A DNA stretch of 64,000 bases from Mustelus asterias (taxonomy: Eukaryota). The notes beneath the pieces were generated by a model. The model worked only from the letters and a program-made list of their open reading frames with translations. It made no database searches and was not told the DNA's origin. How positions within the stretch are numbered: position 1 is the stretch's first letter; each line of letters begins with the position of its first letter. Positions 34,401-44,300 of this stretch are shown here, in pieces. The stretch lies in contig NC_135825.1 of the NCBI RefSeq assembly GCF_964213995.1, positions 12,648,001 through 12,712,000 on the forward strand, given 5' to 3'. The position numbers were made by a program, and so were the translations under genes.

Positions 34401-34958
34401 GTGATGTGGAGATGCCAGTGTTGGACTGGGGTGGACAAGGTGAGAGGTCACATGACACCAGGTTATAGTCCAACAGGTTTTTTTGAAATCACAACTTGGG
34501 GTGGCACGGTGACACAGTGGTTAGCACTGCTGCCTCACAGCACCAGGGACCCGGGTTCGATTCCTGGCTTGGGTCACTGTCTGTGTGGAGTTTGCACATT
34601 CTCCCTGTGTCTGGGCTTCCTCCAGGTACTCTGGTTTCCTCCCACAGTCCAAAGATGTGCAGGTTAGGTTGATTGGCCATGTTAAAATTGCCCCTTAGTG
34701 TCAGGGGGACTTGCTTTGGTAAATGCATGGGGCTGTGGATGTGGGGCCTGTGTGGTATGGTAGTTGATGCAGACTCGATGGGCCGATTGGCCTCCTTCTG
34801 CACTGTATGATTCTATGATTCACAAGTTTTCGGAGCACTGCTCCTTCATCGGGTGAAGGAGCAAGCATTTACCTAATGAAGGAGCAGCACTCCAAAAGTT
34901 TGTGATTTCGAATGAACCTGTTGGACTATACCCTGGTGTCATGTGACCTCTCATCCTC
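34401..34958. mobile_element. Penelope-derived palindromic insertion (related subfamily) split by a V-SINE (34498-34820)
   Basis: gatgtggagatgcc...ggttatagtccaacagg and its inverse at 34870-34958, flanking AGTCCCC duplication. Confidence 0.7.
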
Positions 34959-35104
34959 AAGTCCCCCTCAAGCTACACACCATTCTGACTCGGAATTATA
35001 TCAACATTCCTTCACTGTCACTTGGTCAACACTCTGAAATACCCTCCCTAACAGCACTGTGGGTGATACACCACATGAACTGCAGAAGTTCAAGAAAGTT
35101 CAAG

Positions 35105-35845
35105 GAAATGCTTAGGAAATCAGAAACACAAAGGGAATTCGGAGTCATTGTTCAAGATTCTCTTAAGGTTAGCGTGCAGGTTCAGTCAGCAGTCAGGAAG
35201 GCAAACGCAATGTTAGCATTCATGTCGAGAGGGCTAGAATACAAGAGCAGGGATGTATTTCTGAGGCTGCATAAGGCTCTGGTCAGACCCCATTTGGAGT
35301 ATTGCGAGCAGTTTTGGGCCCCATATCTAAGGAAGGATGTGCTGGCCTTGAAAAGGGTCCAGAGGAGGTTCACAAGAATGATCCGTGGAATGAAGAGCTT
35401 GTTGTATGAGGAACGGTTGAAGACTCTGGGTCTGTACTCGTTGGAGTTTAGAAGGATGAGGGGGGATCTTATTGAAACTTACAGGATACTGCAAGGCCTG
35501 GATAAAGTGGACGTGGAGAGGATGTTTCCACTCGTGGGAAAAACTAGAAGCAGAGGGCACAACCTCAGACTAAAGAGACGATCCTTTAAAACAGAGATGA
35601 GGAGGAATTTCTTCAGCCAGAGAGTAGTGAATCTGTGGAACTCTTTGCCGCAGAAGGCAGTGGAGGCCAGGTCATTGAGTGTCTTTAAGACAGAGATAGA
35701 TTGGTTCTTGATTAATAAGGGGATCAGGGGTTATGGGGAAAAGGCAGGAGAATGGGAATGAGAAAAATATCAGCCATGATTGAATGGTGGAGCAGACTCG
35801 ATGGGCCGAGTGGCCTAATTCTGCTCCTATGTCTTCTGGTCTTAT
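35105..35845 (+). mobile_element. CR1-like LINE 3' fragment (same subfamily as 10510-11456 and 50385-50850)
   Basis: ORF 34943-35761 ends in CR1 ORF2 C-terminal motifs and the CR1 3' UTR. Confidence 0.9.
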
Positions 35846-36645
35846 AGTCTAAAGCAGCTTCTCAGGGTCCTTAGTTATGGGCAGTGAATAAGACAAGCGA
35901 TACCAGCGACACTCACATGTCAGAAACAAATTTTAAAAATCATCAATCAAATTATGTAAATTGCATTCGTAAGACAAAGACTGTTATTTCAGAACTTGTG
36001 GTGCTGGTTCCAACTCTTGTCAGCAAGAGCACAGATCCGAAACTCAGGCGCAGACTCAGAAAATTGGTGCCTGTTGGCTGGAATTCTCTGGCGGTTCACA
36101 CCCTGCTATTGCTGCCAGCGAGAATGGAGAATGTGGCACTCAGCCAAACCTTCATTCAGAGCAGCAGGACTGGAGAATCCCAGCCCGCTGGCGAGGTCGG
36201 AGAATCCTGACCATTGTATTTTTCACGTGATATGGCAAGTCTTCTGCCATTGCAGAGCAGGAGCTTGATTTCGTCTGAATACAGAGATCTTTCGGGAGGC
36301 TACAGGATAAATACTTAACCCTCTGTCCCTCCCTTGCCTTGCTGCCTATCTGCTTCAGATCCTCTGATGTGAGAGAGTATCGAGGTGTAAGGCCCACCTC
36401 CTGCATCTTTTGGTATCTGTGTTGTCATGGCATCATCCGGACTGCTGATCAGTGCTATTGGATGATACGATTTCTAGATACACACACAGTGCAGATCAAA
36501 CTGCAATCTGATGGTAGTTGAGCTAGCTAGGGACAAGGTGCTGAGGAAGTAATTCTTAGTTGGTTTCTCTGGTTACAACTATCGGGAATCCCAGCTCACC
36601 CTCAGGAAAAAGCTGTTTGAGCAATTCACGAAATGGGTGGAGATT

Positions 36646-37040
36646 AGGGTGGCACGGTGGCACAGTGGTTAGCACTGCTGCCTCACAGCGCCAAGGACCC
36701 GGGTTCAATTCCGGCCTCGGGTCACTGTCTGTGTGGAGTTTGCACGTTCTCCCCGTGTCTGCGTGGGTTTCCTCCGGGTGCTCCGGTTTCCTCACACACT
36801 CCAAAGATGTGCGGGTTACGTGATTGGCCATGTTAAATTGCCCCTTAGATTTCCAAGATGTGTCGGTTAGGGGGATTAGTTATGATTTAAAGTGTTGGGT
36901 CACAGAGATACTAAATTGTCCCTTAGTGTCAGGGAGATTAGCAAGGTAAATACGAGGGTTTGTGGGGATGGGGCCTGGGTGGGATAGTGCGGGCTCAATG
37001 GGCCAAATGACCTCCTTCTGCACTGTAGGGATTCTATGAT
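36646..37040 (+). mobile_element. HE1-type V-SINE with an internal duplication
   Basis: Head, core, repeated ccaagatgtg/aaattgtccctta segment, tail. Confidence 0.85.
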
Positions 37041-37490
37041 CCTCGATGAACAATTGATTTCCATCTTCCTGGAGGAAATTTCTGGAAAGCCAAAGGACCT
37101 TTCCTGTTGAGGCATCTGCGAGTCGTTCCTTATGGAATAAGGGAAACCCCTTTCCTTTGTGTCAAAGGACGGTTTGTCCCTTGGACGCTGAAGCCCAGTT
37201 AGGTGAGGAAACAAGATCCTACCAAACGTTATTTCCATTCCACAGAAAGGATAAAGTAAGGCTTGCATTTAAATAGCGCCCTTCACAACCGTAGAGCAAC
37301 CCAAAATGATTCACCACAACAACGTACTTTGAAGTGAAATCACTTTGTAATATAATAAACACAGCAGCCAATTTGTGCACAGCAAGATCCCACAAACAGA
37401 AACAAAATAACATCTGATAATCTGTTTTAAAAACAGAGAATGATTGAAATATTCAGCAAATTGGACAGCATCTGTGGAGAGAGAAACAGT

Positions 37491-37525
37491 GCTAACATTT
37501 CAGTTTCATAACCTTTCATCAGAGC
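37491..37525 (-). ncRNA. Minimal type-I hammerhead ribozyme motif (PLE-associated)
   Basis: - strand gcu CUGAUGA a agguu aug aaacu GAAA ug UU agc: core intact, 3-bp stem I, imperfect stem II. Confidence 0.5.
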
Positions 37526-37595
37526 CTTGCAACAAACTCATTGTGATGTTGGTTGAGGGGGTGAATCTTGGCCAGCACACTGCTCTTCAGCTAAT

Positions 37596-37905
37596 GGGCA
37601 GCACTGTGGCGCAGTGGTTAGCATTGCTGCCTCACAACGCCAGGGTCCTGGATTCGATTCCCGGCCTCGGGCCACTGTCTGTGCAGAGTCTGCACGTTCT
37701 CTCTGTGACTGCGTGGGTTTCCTCCGGGTGCTCCGGTTTCCTCCCACAGTCCAAAGATGTGCAGGTTAGGTGGGTTGGCCATGCTAAATTGCCCCTTAAT
37801 GTTAGGAGGATTAGCTGGGGTAAATGCATGGGGATAGGGCCTGGGTGGGTTGGTGCAGACTCGATGGGCCGAATGGCCTCCTTCTGCACTGTAGGATTCT
37901 ATGAT
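37596..37905 (+). mobile_element. HE1-type V-SINE
   Basis: Head, core and tail. Confidence 0.85.
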
Positions 37906-38189
37906 TGGGATCGTATACAAAGAGGATAAAAGGACCTCACTCTAACAAACTAATTCAACATTTTTGTGCTTTCCATAATGCAGCATTCCCTCAGTACCAC
38001 ACTGAAGTGTCAACCTAGCCTCATGTGACCAAGTCTCTGAAGTGTGGTATGAAACAACAACCTTCTGACTCAGAGACAGTTGGCACAGCAATAACATATT
38101 CCCCGATATTGGCATAGAAACCCAAGGGTGGGTGGAAATTTGTGAGTTAACCAACTCACTGCCAAACCCAGGAGATCAGTAATAGTCAA

Positions 38190-39660
38190 TGGATATTTCC
38201 AGGCTGAGGAAGGTTTGTATTAGAGCTCCCCAGGGGTTGATATTGGGACCCTTGCTTTTTCTGATATATATTAGTGATCTAGATCTTGGTGTGCAGGAGA
38301 CAGTTTCAAAGTTTGCGGATCACACAAAACTTGGAAGCATTGTAGGACTTTTAAGGAGGCGTCTTGACAAATACATGAATAGGATGGGGATGGAGAGATA
38401 TGGTCCCCAGAGGGTGGGCGGTTTTAGTTCAGTCGGGCAGCACGGTCGGTGCAGGCTTGGGCCTGTTCCTGTGCTGTAATTTTCTTTGTTCTTTGACAGT
38501 GTAGAACCTCAAAAGGACATAGACAAGTTGGTGGAGTGGGCAGATAGATGGCAAATGAAGTTCAATGCAGAGAAGTGTGAGGTGATCATAGAATCATAGA
38601 ATCCCTACAGTGCAGAAGGAGGCCATTCTGCCCAATGAGTCTGCACCGACTACAATCCCACCCAGGCCCCATTCTCATAACCCCATGCATTCACCCTGAC
38701 TAGACCCTCTGACACTAAGGGGCAGTTTAGCATGGCCAATCCATCTAACCTACATATCTTTGTGTTTGGTAGGAAGAACATAGAGAACATGTAAAATAAG
38801 GGTAAGATTCTTGCAGAGAAACAGAGGGAGCTGGGTATATCTGTGCGTAGATCATTGAAGGTGGCAGGACAGGCGGAGAGAGCAGTTAATAACACTTATA
38901 GTATTCCAGGCTTTATTAATAGAACATAGAGTACAAGAGTGAGGAGGTTATACTGAACTTATACTAGACACTAGTTAGACCTCAATTGGAATATTGTGGA
39001 CAGTTCTGGGTTCTATACTATAGGAGAGATGTGAACGCATTGGCGAGAGATTGCTTCTTCCCGGTTGCTATCAGTCTTTTGAATGGACCTACCTCGCATT
39101 AAGTTGATCTTTCTCTACACCCTATGACTGTAACACTGCATTCTGCACCCTCTCGTTTCCTTCTTTATGAACAGTATGCTTTGTCTGTATAGCGCGCAAG
39201 AAACAATACTTTTCACTGTGTGTTAATACATGTGACAATAATAAATCAAATCAAATCAAAGAAGAGGTTTATAAGAATGGTCCCTGGGATGAGAAACTTC
39301 AGTTCTGAGGATACATTGGAGAGGTTGGGATTGTTCTCCTTGAGGAGAAGAAGGCTAAGAGGAGATTTGATAGAGATGTTCAAAGTCATGAGGGGGCTGG
39401 ATAAAGTTGATAGGGAGAAACTGCTCCCCCTCGTAAAAGGATCAAAAACGAGAGGGCACAGGTTTAAAGTGATTTGCAAAAGAAGAAAACGTGATGTGAG
39501 AAAAAAACTTTTCACACAACAAGTAGTCCAGGTCTGGAATTCACTGCCTGGAAGTGTGGTGGAGGCAGGTTCAATCGGGATGATTATTTGGATAGAAACA
39601 ATGTGCAGGGTTTGGGGAAAAGGCAGGAGAATGGCACTGAACCATTATGTACATGTGGGA
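38190..39660 (+). mobile_element. Older CR1 fragment interrupted by a CR1 tail, a V-SINE piece and a Rex-like 3' end (39050-39260)
   Basis: PQGLILGPLLFLIYI..KFAD at 38189-38340 and RFIRMVPG...RGHRFK at 39260-39560. Confidence 0.75.
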
Positions 39661-39669
39661 GAACCATCA

Positions 39670-40018
39670 TCATAGAAATCATAGAAACCCTACAGTCCAG
39701 AAAGAGGCCATTCGGCCCATCGAGTCTGCACCGACCACAAACCCACCCAGGCCCTACCCCCATATCCCTACATGTTTACCCACTAATCCCTCTAACCTAT
39801 GCATCTCAGGACACTAAGTGCAATTTTTAGCATGGCCAATCAACCTAACCCGCACATCTTTGGACTGTGGGAGGAAACTGGAGCACCCGGAGGAAACCCA
39901 CGCAGACACGAGGAGAATGTGCAAACTCCACACAGACAGTGACCCAAGCCGGGAATCGAATCCAGGTCCCTGAAGATGTGAAGCAGCAGTGCTAACCACT
40001 GTGCTACCGTGCCGCCCC
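39670..40018 (-). mobile_element. HE1-type V-SINE, young subfamily (near-identical to 54679-55030)
   Basis: Shares diagnostic cctctaacct...catctcaggacactaa...caatttttagcatgg. Confidence 0.9.
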
Positions 40019-40316
40019 AATGTGAACCAATGTGAACAGATAGCCTCCTTCCGTGCCATAACAATTCTGAGATTGGCAAACTTAAATTTAAATCGCTTGG
40101 CCTTCATAGAATCATAGAATCCTACAGTGCAGGAGCAGGCCATTTGGCCCATTGAGTCTGCACCGACCACAATCCCACCCAGGCCCTATCCCCATAACCC
40201 CATGCGTTTACCATGCTAATCCCCTTAACACTAAGGGACAATTTAGCATGGCCAATCCACCTAACCCGCACATCTTTGGTAATGATCACATTATGGTGAT
40301 TAAAGCAGATGGGTAG

Positions 40317-40647
40317 TGATGCGCGTTATTACTCACGAGGCTAGAGATGCTCAAGGAAATAAAGGCTTTTATTTACTATTACAATGAAGCTACCATATAT
40401 AGTACACGATCCCAGACTGAGGGGTCCCAGACAGAGCAGTGACCTTTATACCTCTCCCAGGAGGCGGAGCCCGACTGGGATGTACCATAATAACTATAAT
40501 ACAGGTAGAACAGCCCAACCCTAACCCCAACAGTAACAAGTAGAACAACCCAACCCTAACACCAACAGCAACATATATACAGACTCATAGTACTGGCCAG
40601 ACCCTGGCTCAGTACTACCTGGTGGGAACCAACGATGGTTCACCACA
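40317..40647 (-). mobile_element. Solo LTR (family LTR-A), 331 bp
   Basis: TG...CA termini, 5-bp TSD GGTAG (40312-40316 / 40648-40652), internal TATAAA and AATAAA on the - strand. Confidence 0.85.
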
Positions 40648-41270
40648 GGTAGACAGAGATATATCTGCTCAGCTCCCAAATATGGCAGCAACCCATGCAA
40701 GCTAAATTAATCTTAATAAAATAAAAATCTTTCAAGTACTATCCTTGTCACAGAATCTGATCCAATCTGTTTAATGGAACTTTAAAGTTGTGTATTCGAT
40801 ATATGTAACTGTGATTCTGATACAGATCATTCATGCATACAATCCCTACAGTGCAGAATGAAGCCACTCAGCCCATCGAGTCTGCACCGACAACAATCCC
40901 ACCCAAGCCGTATCCCCAAAACCCTACATATTTACCCCGCTGATCCCTCTAACGTACACATCCTGGGACACCAAGGGGCAATTTAGCGTGGCCAATCAAC
41001 CGAATGATGATCACTCGTTGTGATGCAATGCAAGGACTGAGGGCCGATTCTAGTTGAGATGATGAAACATGGGCAAGAGTTATAAATAAGCAAATATTAG
41101 AATATCACCTGATATGGCAAAGTCTCAAACTAACTAAAAACATGGAGTGACATTTGCAACGTTACCTTGAATAACAGATAACCTCGCAATGGCCTTTTGC
41201 GCAACTGATCGGCAAACATTTCATTACTGCCAAGTTTGTGAATTCTATCTCGCGGGTAGGAAAGGGATCA

Positions 41271-41280
41271 CAGTTCCTGA
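41271..41280 (-). promoter_or_regulatory. Candidate Ets/PU.1-type site upstream of gene 2
   Basis: cagttcctga reads TCAGGAACTG on the - strand, about 65 bp before the ATG. Motif match only. Confidence 0.25.
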
Positions 41281-41342
41281 ATAAAATCAGGCTGTGCAAA
41301 GTGGCATTCTGTCCATAATATTGGCTGGATATTTTTCTAAAC

Positions 41343-41391
41343 ATGAGAAACATTGAATTTACCATCATCCTCATCACTCTGTCATTATCAG
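41343..41391 (+). CDS. Gene 2 exon 1, signal peptide (MRNIEFTIILITLSLS)
   Basis: aaacATGa start, hydrophobic leader, donor TCAG|gtaagg in phase 1, the same junction pattern as gene 1 exon 1. Confidence 0.8.
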
Positions 41392-44300
41392 GTAAGGAAG
41401 CAAATGGAATGAGCACAAGTTGGAGATAAGTCATTTTGTTAACTTTCTCTCCAGGTGCTTTCATCCCTTCATATTTAACAGACTGATCAGCGTTCTATGT
41501 GACGGAAGCTGCAATATGGATGTGTCCATAAAGCTTGGTGCCGTTTGATTTTCACAATGGAATGTATTATTAAATTCTGTAGATTTAAATTTTCAATGTG
41601 TTAACGTGGAAGTATCAGCAATATTAGAATATTAACGATTGAGAAGTTATGAGAGTCCAAAGCCTGTTAATTTAATTTAACAAAAGCACCAATACAATTT
41701 TATGAATGCGTTCAGTATGTGTTTGCTTTAAGTCAAAGATTCATTTCCAGAATATTTTCATGTCAGCGTCATTTGTCACTTAATTTTTCGGTGAAAAATC
41801 CATGTGACAATGTTGTTCTGAGTTCACTAAGTAAGCTACAGTTAAATTAAATATATTTTCATGTCACTTTTTAACATTCTCTGCTTTCCAAAATTCCATT
41901 TTCAGTCTCATTATGTAGAGTTTTTGTCCTCCACCGTTGATGACCCAAATTTCCAAGGTATTTGAACGCTGCTGGAGCAGGTAGTGGCACCGTGGTATTG
42001 TCACTGGACTAGCAATCCAGAGACCCAGGGTAATGTTCTGGGGACCCAGGTTCAAATCCCACAGGAGCAGATGGTGGCATTTGAATTCAATAAGAATTTG
42101 GATTTAAAAGTCAAATGATGACCATTGTCGATTGTTGGAAAAACCCATCTGGTTCACTATTGCCCTTTAGGGAAGGATATCTGCCATCCTTACCCAGTCT
42201 GACCTACATGTGACTCCAGATCCACAGCAATGTGGTTGACTTATAAATGTCTCCTCGAGGGTGCATAATAGATGGTGGCCCTGCCAGTGATGCCCACATC
42301 CCATGAACACATAAAAATAAAGGTAAGGGTGGAATTTGGGATAGGGCCTTGTTGCTCCAAATTGTGCTCCATAAGAATAATGTTGATGTTGCTTGTAGAG
42401 TCACAGAGATACACAGCACAGAAGCAGGCCCTTCGGCCCAACTCATCCATGCCAACCAGGTTTCCTAAACTGAACTAGTCCCATTTGTCTGCGTTTGGCC
42501 CATATCCCTCTAAACCTTTCCTGCACATGTACCTGTCCAAAGATCTTTTAAATGTTGTAATTGTACCTGCCTCTACGACCTCCTCTGGCAGCTCATTCTA
42601 TATACGTACCACCCTCTGTGTGAAAAGGTTGCCCCTCAGGTCCCTTTTAAATCTTTCCCCTCTGACCTTAACCTATGACCTCTAGTTTTGGACTCCCTTA
42701 CCCTGGGGAAATGACCTTGGCTATTCACCTGATCTATACCCCTCATGATTTTATAAACCTCTATAAGGTCACCCCTCATCCTCCTACACTCCAGGGAAAA
42801 AAGTTCCAGCCTATCCAACCTCTCTGAATAATTCAAACATTCCTGTCCCAGCCTTGTAAATCCTTTTTGTACCCTTTCCAATTTAATAACATCCTTCCTA
42901 CAGCAGATCGACCAGAATTCTACGCAGTATTCCAAATGTGGCCTTACCAATGTCTTGTGCAGTTGTAACATAACGTCCCAACGCCTGTATTCAATGCTCT
43001 GACCGATGAACCCAAGTATGCCAAACATCTTTTTCACCACCCTGTCTACCTGTGACCTCACTTTCAAGGCACTATTTACCTGCACCCCTAGGTCTCTCTG
43101 TTCGACAACACTCCCCAGGGTCTTACCATTAACTATGTAAGTCCTGCCCTCGTTTGTCTTACCAAAATGCAACACCTCGCATTTATCTGAATTAAACCCT
43201 ATCTGCCATACCTCGGCCCATTGACCCAGTTGATCAAGATCCCATTATAGTCATAGATAACCTTCTTCACTGTCCACTACACCACCAATTTTGGTGTCAT
43301 CTGCAAACTTACTTACCATACCTCCTATATTCTCATAAAAATCGTTGATATAAATGACAAAGAACAGTGGACCTAGCCCGATCCCTGTGGCACACCGCTG
43401 GTCATAAGCCTCCAGTCTGAAAAACAACTATTTACCACCACCCTCTGTCTCCTACCGGCAAGATGTGGAGATGCTGACATTGGACTGGGGTAAGCACAAT
43501 AAGAAGTCTCACAACACCAGGTCAAAGTCCAGCAGGTCCACCTGGCAGCACTAGCCCTCGGAGCCTCAAGCTCCTTCCTCAGGTGAGTCAGGGAACCCTA
43601 CCGGCAAGCCAATTTTGTACCCAATTGGCTAGTTCACCCTGGATCCCATATGATCTAACCTTCATGACCAGTCTACCATGCCATACCTTGTTGAAGGCCT
43701 TGCTAAAGTCTATAGAAACAACGTCTACCGCACTGCCTCATCTTTTTTCTTGGTCACCCCTTCAAAGAACTCTATCAAATTTGTAAGACGCGATTTCCCG
43801 CACACAAAGCCGTGTTCACTATCCCTAATCAGTCCTTGCCTTTCCAAATGCAGGTAAATCCTGCCTCTCAGAATCCCCTCCAACAACTTACCCACCACTG
43901 AAAATAGTCTCACCGGCCTGCAGTTCCATGGCTTTTCCCTGCAGCCTTTCTTAAGTAACGGCACAACATTTGCCTCCCTTCAGTCTTCCGGCACTTCATC
44001 CGTGATTGTCAATGATACAAATATCTCTGCCAGGGGGCCCCACAACTTCTTCCCTAGCTTCCCACAATGTCCTGGGATACACCAGATCAGGTGCCAGGGT
44101 TTTACCTACCTTTATGCATTTTAAGACCTCCAGCACCTCCTCTTCTATAATGTGGACACTTTTCAAGACATAACTACTTACTTCCCTGAGTTCCCTAGCT
44201 TGCATGGCTCTCTCCACGGTAAATACTGATGAAAAATATTCATTTAGAATCTCACCCAGCTCCTGTGGCTTCACACATAGATGACTTTGTTGATCTGGCA

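Noticed and set aside
40515-40562. Telomere-like CCCTAA motifs
   Set aside because: Only isolated units, internal to the LTR-A sequence and also present in the 49065 copy. Not an interstitial telomeric array.
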